Assembly: GCA_964439605.1 (NCBI GenBank)
Contig: CAYTPC010000146.1
Location: 17,602-81,601 of the forward strand
DNA: 64,000 bases
Source of the DNA: an uncultured Burkholderiaceae bacterium
GTDB lineage: Bacteria; Pseudomonadota; Gammaproteobacteria; Burkholderiales; Burkholderiaceae_C
Direction: 5' to 3'
In this document: positions 41,474-50,662 of the stretch, one piece after another
Layout: every line of letters starts with the position of its first letter
How positions within the stretch are numbered: position 1 is the first letter of the stretch
Position numbers and translations under genes: made by a program
Notes under the pieces: model-generated
Seen by the model: only the letters and a program-made list of their open reading frames with translations
What the model was told of the DNA's origin: nothing
Databases searched by the model: none

Positions 41474-41860
41474 ATGACCGATGAAATCTCTTCCGATGCA
41501 GCCGAGTCGATCAGAATCTGGGGCTGGGTCAGCTACATCATTCATCTGATCGTGGCCGTGGCGGTCGTGCTGCCTGGTGTGCAGGCTTCGATTGGGCTGC
41601 TTTTGGTCGCGCTGGTGGTCGATCTGGTCAAACGCGGGGACGCCGTCGGCACTTGGCAGGCTTCGCATTACAGTTGGCGCATCCGCAGCGTTCTTTGGGC
41701 CGGCGCACTGTACGTGCTGACGATCTGGTTGTGGCTGCTGTTTTTCGTACCCGGCTGGATTGCCTGGGCCCTGATCTCACTGTGGTTTCTCTACCGCATC
41801 GTCAAGGGGATGGTGCGGATGAATGCCGGTCAACCAATGGAGCCTATGGATGTCGTCTGA
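41474..41860 (+). CDS. Small integral membrane protein (DUF4870-like), conserved his-tat linker gene
   Basis: About 128 aa from ATG 41474, 3-4 predicted TM segments. From memory, its position between hisE and the HIT gene matches Burkholderiales synteny. Confidence 0.5.
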   Translation: MTDEISSDAAESIRIWGWVSYIIHLIVAVAVVLPGVQASIGLLLVALVVDLVKRGDAVGTWQASHYSWRIRSVLWAGALYVLTIWLWLLFFVPGWIAWALISLWFLYRIVKGMVRMNAGQPMEPMDVV

Positions 41861-42218
41861 ATCCGAATGCATTTTCTGCAAAATCATCGAAGGCAAGATT
41901 CCTTCGCGCAAGGTCTATGAAGACGAGGAAATCTTCGGTTTCCACGATATCGCGCCATGGGCGCCGGTTCATTTCATGCTTGTGCCCAAGCGCCACATCC
42001 CTTCGATGGCGCAACTCACACAGCAGGATGCCGCGTTGATGGGGCGGATCATGACCTTGGCGCCTCAACTGGCCCTGGAGAACGGGTGTAAGCCGTATCC
42101 CGAGGGGGGCTTTCGCGTCGTGGTCAATACGGGCAAGGATGGCGGACAGGAAGTTCACCATCTCCATGTGCACGTCATGGGCGGCGCGCCCCTGGGTGCG
42201 CGGATAAGCAGGCTCTAA
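41850..42218 (+). CDS. HIT-family (histidine triad) nucleotide hydrolase
   Basis: ATG 41850 (MSSESECIFCKIIEGKIPSRKVYEDEE…). Histidine triad HHLHVHVMGG. Confidence 0.85.
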   Translation: MSSESECIFCKIIEGKIPSRKVYEDEEIFGFHDIAPWAPVHFMLVPKRHIPSMAQLTQQDAALMGRIMTLAPQLALENGCKPYPEGGFRVVVNTGKDGGQEVHHLHVHVMGGAPLGARISRL

Positions 42219-42265
42219 GAGCCTGCAGCGACTAAAATCGAAACAGTTTCGCAGGAGTTATCCCC

Positions 42266-42508
42266 ATGGGTTCCTTTTCCATCTGGCACTGGCTGATCGT
42301 GCTGTTGATCGTGGTGATGGTGTTTGGCACGCGCAAGCTCAAGAACATGGGGTCCGACCTGGGTGCCGCGGTCAAGGGCTTCAAAGACGGCATGCGCGAT
42401 GGCGCCGCCGAAGCGCCGGCCTCGCCAGATTCCCCGCCGCAAGTGACGAACAGCCAGACGGCTGCCGACCAGACCACGATCGACGTCCAAGCGCGTCAGA
42501 AGTCCTGA
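42266..42508 (+). CDS. tatA: Sec-independent translocase TatA
   Basis: 80 aa, [33 protein letters not shown]…. Confidence 0.9.
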   Translation: MGSFSIWHWLIVLLIVVMVFGTRKLKNMGSDLGAAVKGFKDGMRDGAAEAPASPDSPPQVTNSQTAADQTTIDVQARQKS

Positions 42509-42520
42509 CGCCGGTTTGCC

Positions 42521-42988
42521 GTGATTGACCTCGGCATCTCCAAGATGGCGTTGATCGGTGCCGTGGCGTTGATCGTCATCGGTCCCGAAAAGCTGCCGCG
42601 CGTGGCGCGCACCGTCGGCACCCTGCTGGGCAAGGCGCAGCGCTACGTGAACGACGTCAAGGCCGAGGTCAACCGTTCGATGGAGCTCGATGAGTTGCGC
42701 AAGGTGCGCGACAGCGTCGAGACTGCCGTTCGCGACGTGGAGCGCGATTTTCAGAGCAGCGCCAAAGAGGTCGAGCAGGCATTGTCCGGCGACAGCGGCG
42801 GAGATCGCGTCCTGTCGCCGGTGACCGAGCCGGCCCCGGTTTACCCGCAATACCGGCATCCGCGCAAGAACTGGCGGCTCAAGCAAGGCGCGGTGCCCCA
42901 GTGGTACAAGGCGCGCAATGGGGTGCGCACCAGGGCACTGTCCGGCGCGGCCCGGGTTGCGCGCCATCGCCCCCGGAAATTCAATTAA
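42521..42988 (+). CDS. tatB: Sec-independent translocase TatB
   Basis: 155 aa, GTG start, [33 protein letters not shown]…. Confidence 0.85.
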   Translation: MIDLGISKMALIGAVALIVIGPEKLPRVARTVGTLLGKAQRYVNDVKAEVNRSMELDELRKVRDSVETAVRDVERDFQSSAKEVEQALSGDSGGDRVLSPVTEPAPVYPQYRHPRKNWRLKQGAVPQWYKARNGVRTRALSGAARVARHRPRKFN

Positions 42989-43063
42989 TTCAATTAGCGC
43001 ACAGGTACAGGATTCGCGGCGCGGCACGCAGGTTTTAGGGCAAGCGTGCGGCGCCTACTCTTC

Positions 43064-43873
43064 ATGGCTGATTTACACGAAAACAAGGAAGACGAACTCG
43101 CCGGCACGGAACAGCCTTTCGTGCAGCACCTGATCGAGTTGCGCGATCGGCTGATCTATTGCATCTATGGGCTCGTGGCCGCGGGCGTCCTGTTGGCGAT
43201 CTGGCCCGGGCCGAGTGAGTTGATCGACCTGATTTCGATTCCGATCCGCGCCCACATGCCGCCCCACACGAAGCTGATCGCGGTGGGCGTGTTCTCGCCT
43301 TTCTTCATTCCGTTGAAGGTGCTGCTGATGGCGGCGGTGCTGCTGGCGCTGCCTTGGCTCATGTACCAGGCATGGATGTTCGTCGCGCCGGGGTTGTATG
43401 GGCACGAGAAGCGTTTCGCGCTGCCTCTGATCGTCTTTGGCAGTCTGCTGGCCTATGCGGGCATCGCATTCGTGCAGTTATTCGTGCTCGACAAAATGTT
43501 CACCTTCATCCAGCGTTTCACGCCAGCGAGTGTGGCCGCGACGCCGGACATCGCTTCATATGTCGAATCGATCCTCTCGCTGTACCTTGCGTTCGCGGTC
43601 GCGTTTCAGGTGCCGATCGTGGTGATGCTTCTGGTGCGCTTCGAGATGGTCTCGATCGAAAAACTGCGCTCCCTGCGGGGCTATTTCATCGTGGCGGCGT
43701 TCGTCATTGCGGCGGTGATCACGCCGCCGGATGTCATTTCGATGCTGGCGCTGGCCGTGCCGATGTGCCTGCTCTACGAAATCGGAATCATCTCGGCCAA
43801 GTACTTCGCGCGGATCAGCAAGGCGCCTGATTCAGAGGAACCGAACGAGAACGCCGATTCGGCGCGCTCCTGA
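43064..43873 (+). CDS. tatC: Sec-independent translocase TatC
   Basis: ATG 43064 (MADLHENKEDELAGTEQPFVQHLIELRDRL…), a 6-TM protein. Confidence 0.9.
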   Translation: MADLHENKEDELAGTEQPFVQHLIELRDRLIYCIYGLVAAGVLLAIWPGPSELIDLISIPIRAHMPPHTKLIAVGVFSPFFIPLKVLLMAAVLLALPWLMYQAWMFVAPGLYGHEKRFALPLIVFGSLLAYAGIAFVQLFVLDKMFTFIQRFTPASVAATPDIASYVESILSLYLAFAVAFQVPIVVMLLVRFEMVSIEKLRSLRGYFIVAAFVIAAVITPPDVISMLALAVPMCLLYEIGIISAKYFARISKAPDSEEPNENADSARS

Positions 43874-43926
43874 TTCTGCTTGACTGCTTGACGGGTTGAC
43901 TGTTTGAGAGTCTGTCGAGCAGGCTC

Positions 43927-45081
43927 TTACTCGGCGTCAAGACCGCGGCGCGGTACCGCGCGCGGCCGTTCGTTCGGCGTTACCTCAAGTTCCATGGGCT
44001 CGCCGTTGCGCTGCAGCGCGAAACGCGCGGCTACACCCGGCTTGAGCGCAGCCACTACGCTCAGCAATTGCTGCACGTTCGCGGTTTTCTGGCCGGCTGC
44101 GCTGATGATGACGTCTCCCGGACGGATGCCGGCGCGTGCCGCGGGGCCGTTTTGCAGCACGCCGGTAATGATCACGCCCTGCTGCGTTTTCACGCCGAAG
44201 GTCTGGGCCAGTTCCTGCGTGAGATCGTTGGGCTCCACACCGATCCAGCCCCGCGTGACTTTGCCGTCGCGCACGATGGCTTCAAGCACCTGGCGTGCGG
44301 TTGAGATGGGAATGGCAAAGCCGATACCCATGTTGCCGCCCGAGCGCGAATAGATCGCGGTGTTGATACCTGCCAGGTTGCCGTTGATGTCCACCAGCGC
44401 GCCGCCCGAATTGCCGGGGTTGATGGCCGCGTCGGTCTGAATGAAATTCTCGAAAGTGTTGATGCCCAACTGGTTGCGCCCGAGCGCCGAGACGATGCCG
44501 CTGGTCACCGTCTGCCCGACGCCGAAAGGGTTTCCGATGGCCAGCACCCGATCGCCGACCTCCATCGAGTCGGAGTTGCCCAGCGTCATCGCCGGCAGCT
44601 TGTCCAGTGTGACCTTGAGCACCGCGAGGTCGGTGTCCGGATCGGTGCCGATGACCTTGCCCGGAGTATGCCGCCCGTCGTTGAGCACGACCTCGATTTC
44701 GTCGGCGCCCGCGATCACGTGGTTGTTGGTCAGGATGTAGCCTTCGGCGCTGACGATCACCCCGCTGCCCAGGCCTACTTGCGGCTGATCGGCCTGATCG
44801 CCGAAGAAGAAGCGAAACCACGGGGTGTCGGCCTGCGGATGGCGCCGGGCGGTTTTGTTGATGTTGATGCTCACCACCGCCGGCGCCGCGCGCTTGGCCG
44901 CAGCGCTCAGGCTGCCTGGCGCGGGGGCGGCGACATGGGTGGCTGGCGCCTCGGTCACGGAAATCTGGTTGCCGGCTGGCGCCGCACGGCCAATCCAGTC
45001 AGGGTGGAGTGTCGCGACGACGAAGTAAGCCGCCAGGATGACGGTAATGGCTTGGGAAAACAGCAGCCAGATTCGCTTCAT
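43927..45081 (-). CDS. Periplasmic serine endoprotease, DegS/AlgW-like (trypsin fold plus one PDZ)
   Basis: Start ATG 45081 (MKRIWLLFSQAITVILAAYFVV…, membrane anchor). Catalytic residues in TNNHV, DLAVLK and GNSGGALV. A single PDZ domain (…GVIITGVLQNGPAARAGIRPGDVI…). Confidence 0.85.
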   Translation of the reverse strand: MKRIWLLFSQAITVILAAYFVVATLHPDWIGRAAPAGNQISVTEAPATHVAAPAPGSLSAAAKRAAPAVVSININKTARRHPQADTPWFRFFFGDQADQPQVGLGSGVIVSAEGYILTNNHVIAGADEIEVVLNDGRHTPGKVIGTDPDTDLAVLKVTLDKLPAMTLGNSDSMEVGDRVLAIGNPFGVGQTVTSGIVSALGRNQLGINTFENFIQTDAAINPGNSGGALVDINGNLAGINTAIYSRSGGNMGIGFAIPISTARQVLEAIVRDGKVTRGWIGVEPNDLTQELAQTFGVKTQQGVIITGVLQNGPAARAGIRPGDVIISAAGQKTANVQQLLSVVAALKPGVAARFALQRNGEPMELEVTPNERPRAVPRRGLDAE

Positions 45082-45240
45082 GTGTGGGTTCCGGATGGGA
45101 CTGCGAATTGTCCTCCAATCGAACCGTTCCGGTGGCGGCGAGGGCGCTTTCTGTCTGAATGATGCATGTGATGCATGCGTGGAATGCGCAGAAATACGCA
45201 GGAGTGCCGGACGATGTCGCCCACGGTTCACAATAACGCC

Positions 45241-46014
45241 ATGAGCACGACACGCCACGAACTCCTGACCGCTTTCGATTTGCTGCTTGCGCCCGAGCGT
45301 TTTCAAGATTACGGCCCCAATGGCCTGCAGGTCGAGGGCCGCTCGACCGTGCGCAAGATCGTCTCGGGTGTGACGGCCAGCCGCGCTCTGATCGAGGCTG
45401 CGATCAGCGCTCAGGCTGATGCGATCCTCGTTCACCACGGCTTGTTCTGGCGTGGGCAAGATCAACGGGTGATTGGCTGGATGCGCCAGCGCCTGGGGTT
45501 GTTGCTGGGCGCCGATGTGAGCCTGTTCGCGTATCACTTGCCGCTCGACGCGCATCCGGAGCTGGGTAACAACGCGCAACTGGGCCTCAATCTCGGGCTG
45601 ATCGCGCATGCAGGATCTTCCGGGCGCTTTGGGGAGCAGGAGCTGGGCCTCATCGGTGTGCACCGGGAGGGCTTGTGCTTTGCGGATGCCAAAGAATTGG
45701 CGGCGTACGTCGAGAAAACCACCCACCGGCCGGTGACCTTGGTCGATGCCGCGCGGCGGCCGATTCGCACCATCGCATGGTGCAGTGGTGGCGCCCAGGA
45801 CTATTTCGAGGCTGCGATCGCGGCAGGCGCCGATGCCTTCATCACCGGCGAAATCTCCGAGCCGCAGGCGCATCACGCGCGGGAAATGGGCGTGGCCTTT
45901 CTGGCCTGTGGTCACCACGCAACCGAGCGTTACGGTGCCCCTGCGGTGGCCGGGCACGTCGCCGCGCGGCTGGGTATCGCGCACGAATTCATCGACATCG
46001 ACAATCCCGCATGA
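45241..46014 (+). CDS. Nif3-like dinuclear metal-centre protein (YbgI/GTP cyclohydrolase 1 type 2 homologue)
   Basis: ATG 45241 (MSTTRHELLTAFDLLLAPERFQDYGPNGLQVEG…). …DAILVHHGLFW…ACGHHATER…. Confidence 0.8.
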   Translation: MSTTRHELLTAFDLLLAPERFQDYGPNGLQVEGRSTVRKIVSGVTASRALIEAAISAQADAILVHHGLFWRGQDQRVIGWMRQRLGLLLGADVSLFAYHLPLDAHPELGNNAQLGLNLGLIAHAGSSGRFGEQELGLIGVHREGLCFADAKELAAYVEKTTHRPVTLVDAARRPIRTIAWCSGGAQDYFEAAIAAGADAFITGEISEPQAHHAREMGVAFLACGHHATERYGAPAVAGHVAARLGIAHEFIDIDNPA

Positions 46015-47066
46015 GCGCGCCGATCGCGATCACGCAGGGCGACCCTGCGGGCATCGGCCCCGAGATCATCGTCAAGGCCTTCCGTGACGCGCCCGAGTTG
46101 CTCCGTGGCTGCATCGTGGCCGGGGACGTGGCGACGCTGCGCCGGGCCGCGGCTTTGCTGGCGCGCTCCGGTGAGCCGGCGCTGCCGGTCGTGCAACTGG
46201 AATCGGAGCGGGAGGTTGATCAGATACCGCCGCGTTGCGTGCCCGTGCTGCAGGTGATCGCGCCGTCCGATGGCGTGGTGACGGGGCAGGTCAGCGCGCA
46301 GGCCGGGCGGGCCGGTGGCGATGCGGTGTTATGGGCCGCGCGTGCTGCATTGCGCGGCGACGTGGCGGCGATAGTGACGGCGCCGCTGCACAAGGAGGCG
46401 CTGGCGGCTGCCGGCTTCCCCTATCCTGGCCATACTGAACTACTGCAGGCCGAGGCCGCGCGCCATCTCGGACGCCCGATCGAACAAGTGCCGGTGCGCA
46501 TGATGCTGGCCAATGATGAATTGCGAACTGTGCTGGTCAGCATCCATGTCTCGCTGCGCGACGCAATCGAGGCGGTTCGTTTCGAATCACTGCTGCAAAC
46601 CCTGCGCATCGCACACCAGTCGCTGTCTGCCGCGCTGGGGCGCCGGCCGCGCATTGCGGTTGCGGGGCTCAATCCGCATGCGGGCGAGGGCGGCCTGATG
46701 GGGATGCAAGAGCAGTCGATCATCATGCCAGCCGTTGCGGCCGCGTGCGCCGAAGGCATTGATGCCCATGGGCCCTACGCGCCCGATACGGTCTTCATGC
46801 GTGCACGGGCGCGCGATGGCCGGCCGGGTGAATTCGATGTGGTGATCGCGATGTACCACGATCAGGGCTTGATTCCGATTAAGTATCTTGGCGTGGACAA
46901 GGGCGTCAACGTCACGCTTGGCCTGCCCTTCGTGCGTACCAGCCCGGACCATGGCACTGCTTTCGATATTGCCGGCACCGGGCGAGCCCACGCCGCAAGC
47001 CTGATCGAGGCGCTGCGTATGGCGCGCGTGCTGGCCGGGGTGCGGCAGCAGAGGATGCCGGCCTAA
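46011..47066 (+). CDS. pdxA: 4-hydroxythreonine-4-phosphate dehydrogenase
   Basis: ATG 46011 (ATGA overlap with the Nif3 stop). MSAPIAITQGDPAGIGPEI…YPGHTELL…GLNPHAGEGG…PDHGTAFDIAG. Confidence 0.9.
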   Translation: MSAPIAITQGDPAGIGPEIIVKAFRDAPELLRGCIVAGDVATLRRAAALLARSGEPALPVVQLESEREVDQIPPRCVPVLQVIAPSDGVVTGQVSAQAGRAGGDAVLWAARAALRGDVAAIVTAPLHKEALAAAGFPYPGHTELLQAEAARHLGRPIEQVPVRMMLANDELRTVLVSIHVSLRDAIEAVRFESLLQTLRIAHQSLSAALGRRPRIAVAGLNPHAGEGGLMGMQEQSIIMPAVAAACAEGIDAHGPYAPDTVFMRARARDGRPGEFDVVIAMYHDQGLIPIKYLGVDKGVNVTLGLPFVRTSPDHGTAFDIAGTGRAHAASLIEALRMARVLAGVRQQRMPA

Positions 47067-47067
47067 T

Positions 47068-47113
47068 TAATCGCGCCGGTTCAAGCTGTCTAATCGCGCC
47101 GGTTCAAGCTGTC
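47068..47113. repeat. Perfect 23-bp tandem duplication (2 copies) covering the mscL 3' end
   Basis: taatcgcgccggttcaagctgtc occurs at 47068-47090 and again at 47091-47113. Confidence 0.9.
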
Positions 47114-47524
47114 GCGGATTTCGCGCAGCAGCACCACGTCTTCGGGGGGCGCGGCCGGAGGCGCCGGTTCGTCCGGCGTGGCGTGGCGCAAGCGATTGAT
47201 CTGCTTGACCATCATGAAGATCACGAAAGCCAGGATCAGGAAGTTGACCACAATGGTGATGAAGTTGCCGTAGGCGAACACGGGTACGCCGGCTTTCTTG
47301 AGGTCGGCCAGCGTATCGGGTACGCCTGCCGGCGCGTTGCCGAGCACCACGTACAGGTTGGCAAAATCGAGCTTGCCCAGCACCAGCCCCACGATGGGCA
47401 TGATGATGTCGGCCACCAGTGAGTCGACGATCTTGCCGAAGGCCGCGCCGATGATGACGCCGACCGCGAGATCGATGGCGTTGCCTTTGACGGCGAATTC
47501 CCGAAAATCCTTGAGGATGCTCAT
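47090..47524 (-). CDS. mscL: Large-conductance mechanosensitive channel
   Basis: Start ATG 47524 ([43 protein letters not shown]…), 144 aa. Confidence 0.9.
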   Translation of the reverse strand: MSILKDFREFAVKGNAIDLAVGVIIGAAFGKIVDSLVADIIMPIVGLVLGKLDFANLYVVLGNAPAGVPDTLADLKKAGVPVFAYGNFITIVVNFLILAFVIFMMVKQINRLRHATPDEPAPPAAPPEDVVLLREIRDSLNRRD

Positions 47525-47627
47525 GGTTCGTTTTCCTGTAATGTCGAGCCAGGTATCAGTATAGAAAAACGGCGCGCGCAGTGCTGATGCGCCCGGGTAG
47601 CGCGTGTATTGCATTCGAGCAGATTCA

Positions 47628-47657
47628 TTGAACCGATTCATCGCGCTCCGCTACAAT
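47628..47657 (+). promoter_or_regulatory. Putative sigma-70 promoter for petABC
   Basis: TTGAAC (47628-47633), 18-nt spacer, TACAAT (47652-47657), ~40 nt upstream of the petA ATG. Confidence 0.35.
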
Positions 47658-47698
47658 ACCTGGTTAACCCAAGCCACCCGCCATGATTGAGGAATCCC

Positions 47699-48313
47699 AT
47701 GAGTGATACTCCCGTCGAACTACCTCGAATTGATAACAGCAAGAGGACATGGTTGATCGCTTCCGGTTGTGCAGGTGCCGTGGGTACCGTAGGCACGCTA
47801 GTCCCGTTCGTCAGTTCTTTCCAGCCCTCGGAAAAGGCCAAGGCCGCAGGGGCTTCGGTGGAGGTGGATATCTCCACGCTCCAAGTGGGCCAAAAAAGAA
47901 TCGTCGAATGGCGCGGCAAGCCCGTTTGGATTCTCAAGCGATCGCCCGAGCAGATCGCCGAGTTGTCCAAGCACGATTCGCACCTGGCCGATCCGATGTC
48001 CAAGCGTCACCCCGAAGAGTTCACGCCGCCCTATGCGCTGAACGTGCACCGCTCGATCAAGCCCGAGGTGCTGGTCGTCGTCGGCATCTGCACGCACCTG
48101 GGCTGCTCGCCGGTTGACAAGTTCCAGGCCGGCCCGCAGCCCTCGCTGCCCGACGATTGGGAAGGCGGCTTCCTTTGCCCTTGCCATGGTTCGACCTTCG
48201 ATTTGGCGGGCCGCGTCTTCAAGAACAAACCCGCGCCCGATAATTTGCCGGTGCCGCCGCACATGTACTTGTCCGAAACGCGCCTGCTGATCGGCGAAGA
48301 CAAGAAGGCCTGA
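47699..48313 (+). CDS. petA: Ubiquinol-cytochrome c reductase, Rieske iron-sulfur subunit
   Basis: ATG 47699 (MSDTPVELPRIDNSKRTWLIASG…). Rieske motifs CTHLGCSP and CPCHGSTFD. Confidence 0.95.
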   Translation: MSDTPVELPRIDNSKRTWLIASGCAGAVGTVGTLVPFVSSFQPSEKAKAAGASVEVDISTLQVGQKRIVEWRGKPVWILKRSPEQIAELSKHDSHLADPMSKRHPEEFTPPYALNVHRSIKPEVLVVVGICTHLGCSPVDKFQAGPQPSLPDDWEGGFLCPCHGSTFDLAGRVFKNKPAPDNLPVPPHMYLSETRLLIGEDKKA

Positions 48314-48327
48314 GAGAGAAGACGGAT

Positions 48328-49788
48328 ATGGCTGAATTCAACGAAATTTCTCCGAATGCTCCGGCCGGCCAGAGGCTGCTGAACTGGGTCGATAACCGTT
48401 TCCCGCTCTCCAAGCTGTGGAACGACCAGTGGGGCAAGTACTACGCGCCGAAGAATTTCAACTGGTGGTACATCTTCGGCTCGCTTGCGATGCTGGTGCT
48501 CGTGATCCAGATCGTGACCGGCATCTTTCTGGTGATGCACTACAAGCCCGACGCGACGCTGAACGCGACCGGCGTGCCGGTGGCGTTCGCCAGCGTCGAG
48601 TACATCATGCGCGACGTGCCCTGGGGCTGGCTGATCCGTTACATGCACTCGACGGGGGCGTCGGCCTTCTTCATCATCGTGTACCTGCACATGTTCCGCG
48701 GCCTGATGTACGGCAGCTATCGCAAGCCGCGCGAGCTGGTCTGGCTTTTCGGCTGCGCGATCTTCCTGTGCCTGATGGCCGAGGCCTTCATGGGCTACCT
48801 GCTGCCGTGGGGCCAGATGAGCTATTGGGGCGCGCAGGTGATCGTGAACCTGTTCTCGGCGATCCCATTCATTGGCCCCGACCTTGCGCTGTTGATTCGC
48901 GGCGACTATGTGGTGGGCGATGCAACGCTCAACCGCTTCTTCAGCTTCCACGTCATTGCGGTGCCGCTGGTCTTGCTGGGTCTTGTGGTGGCGCACCTGA
49001 TCGCGCTGCACGAAACCGGCTCGAACAACCCCGATGGCATCGAGATCAAAGCCAAGCGCGGTCCCGACGGCCACCCGCTGGACGGCATCCCCTCGCATCC
49101 GTATTACACGGTGCACGACATCCTCGGCGTGGTGCTGTTCTTGTTCGTGTTCTCGGCGATCATCTTCTTTGGACCGGAGATGGGCGGCTACTTCCTGGAA
49201 TACAACAACTTCATTCCGGCCGACCCGTTCAAGGGGCCGGCGCACATCGCTCCAGTGTGGTACTTCACCCCGTTCTATTCGATGCTGCGCGCGACGACGG
49301 ACATCATGGTGTACGTATTCATGGCGATCGTGGCGTTGGTTGCCCTCAGCGCTCTCGTCAAGGGCAAGAAGCGCAGCATGGGCGCGAAGATCGGCATGCT
49401 CATCGTGGCGGCGGTGGTCATCCTCCTGCTGTATGCGTTCGACGCCAGATTCTGGGGCGTGGTGGTGATGGGCGGGTCGGTCATCATCCTGTTTTTCCTG
49501 CCTTGGCTGGACCACAGCAAGGTCAAGTCGATCCGCTACCGTCCAAGCTGGCACAAGTACGTGTATGCCGTGTTCGTCTTTTTCTTCCTGGTGTTGGGTT
49601 ACCTCGGTATCCAGCCGCCAGGTGTCTGGGGCGAAATGGCGCTTGGCCCAGTGAAGCTGGACATCGCGCAAACTGTGTCCCAAATCGGCACGCTGGTCTA
49701 TTTTGGTTTCTTCGTGTTGATGCCGTGGTGGAGCCGCCTCGGTACCTTCAAGCCCGTGCCTGAGCGCGTGACTTATGTGGCGCACTGA
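48328..49788 (+). CDS. petB: Cytochrome b of the bc1 complex
   Basis: 486-aa polytopic ORF, …NFNWWYIFGSLAMLVLVIQIVTGIFLVMHY…RYMHSTGAS…. Confidence 0.95.
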   Translation: MAEFNEISPNAPAGQRLLNWVDNRFPLSKLWNDQWGKYYAPKNFNWWYIFGSLAMLVLVIQIVTGIFLVMHYKPDATLNATGVPVAFASVEYIMRDVPWGWLIRYMHSTGASAFFIIVYLHMFRGLMYGSYRKPRELVWLFGCAIFLCLMAEAFMGYLLPWGQMSYWGAQVIVNLFSAIPFIGPDLALLIRGDYVVGDATLNRFFSFHVIAVPLVLLGLVVAHLIALHETGSNNPDGIEIKAKRGPDGHPLDGIPSHPYYTVHDILGVVLFLFVFSAIIFFGPEMGGYFLEYNNFIPADPFKGPAHIAPVWYFTPFYSMLRATTDIMVYVFMAIVALVALSALVKGKKRSMGAKIGMLIVAAVVILLLYAFDARFWGVVVMGGSVIILFFLPWLDHSKVKSIRYRPSWHKYVYAVFVFFFLVLGYLGIQPPGVWGEMALGPVKLDIAQTVSQIGTLVYFGFFVLMPWWSRLGTFKPVPERVTYVAH

Positions 49789-49802
49789 ACGGGAGCATCA
49801 GA

Positions 49803-50558
49803 ATGAAAAAATTCCTCTTTGCACTGATCGTCGCGCTGGGCTTCACCACAGGGGCGCATGCGTCCGATGAAGGCGTTGCCTGGGACAAGGCGCCGAACAA
49901 GATCAACGATATGGCCTCGTTGCAAAACGGCGCCAAGCTGTTCGTCAACTACTGCCTGAGCTGCCATTCGGCCGCTTTCATGCGCTACAACCGCCTGAAG
50001 GATATCGGCCTGACTGAAAAGCAGATCAAGGACAACCTGCTGTTTTCGACCGACAAGATTGGCGAGGTGATGAAGATCAACATGGATCCGCGCCAGGCCA
50101 AGGACTGGTTCGGCACCACGCCGCCCGATTTGACGGTCATTGCACGTTCGCGCGCAGGCCATAACGGAACGGGCGCCGATTATCTCTACACCTATCTGCG
50201 TTCCTACTATCGTGACGACACCAAGGCGACGGGCTGGAACAACCTCGTCTTCCCGAGCGTCGCGATGCCCAACGTATTGTGGGAACTGCAGGGTGAGCGC
50301 CGTCCTGTCTACAAGGAAGTCCAATCCCACGGTGAGAAAGTCAAGGTCATCAGTGGTTTTGAACAGGTCACGCCCGGCACGATGACGCCGCAGCAGTTCG
50401 ATCAGGCAGTGGGCGATTTGGTCAACTACCTGCAATGGATGGGCGAGCCCGTGCAGAGCCTGCGTGCCCGCCTGGGCGTCTGGGTGCTGCTATTTCTGAT
50501 TGTGACGATCTTCTTTGTCTGGCGCTTGAACGCGGCTTACTGGAAAGAAGTCAAGTAA
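49803..50558 (+). CDS. petC: Cytochrome c1
   Basis: 251 aa. Signal peptide, haem-binding CLSCHS, C-terminal TM anchor. Confidence 0.9.
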   Translation: MKKFLFALIVALGFTTGAHASDEGVAWDKAPNKINDMASLQNGAKLFVNYCLSCHSAAFMRYNRLKDIGLTEKQIKDNLLFSTDKIGEVMKINMDPRQAKDWFGTTPPDLTVIARSRAGHNGTGADYLYTYLRSYYRDDTKATGWNNLVFPSVAMPNVLWELQGERRPVYKEVQSHGEKVKVISGFEQVTPGTMTPQQFDQAVGDLVNYLQWMGEPVQSLRARLGVWVLLFLIVTIFFVWRLNAAYWKEVK

Positions 50559-50662
50559 TCGGTTGATGACCGGCGCGCGTGCACGGCGCGCGTCCTGGTT
50601 TCGCAGAGTGGGCTGCTATGTGAGAGGCGGTCCACTCTTTTGATTTTGAGGAGTCTGCCGCC

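Noticed and set aside
42208-42226. 8-bp palindrome gcaggctc/gagcctgc enclosing the HIT-gene stop codon, considered as a terminator.
   Set aside because: The loop is only 3 nt and no T-tract follows. tatA starts 40 nt downstream and is probably co-transcribed.
42215-43027. 270-aa minus-strand ORF across the tatA/tatB region.
   Set aside because: It is antisense to two clearly recognisable Tat genes and its translation has no motifs.
45082-45984. N-terminal 300-aa extension of the protease ORF (the track gives 43927-45984, 685 aa).
   Set aside because: The extension lies antisense to the well-supported Nif3-like gene and has no protein-like character. The protease has a natural start with a membrane anchor at ATG 45081.
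47068-47113. The tandem 23-bp repeat, considered as a minimal CRISPR-like or VNTR array.
   Set aside because: There are only two directly abutting copies with no spacers, and no cas genes anywhere in the window. It is a simple duplication.
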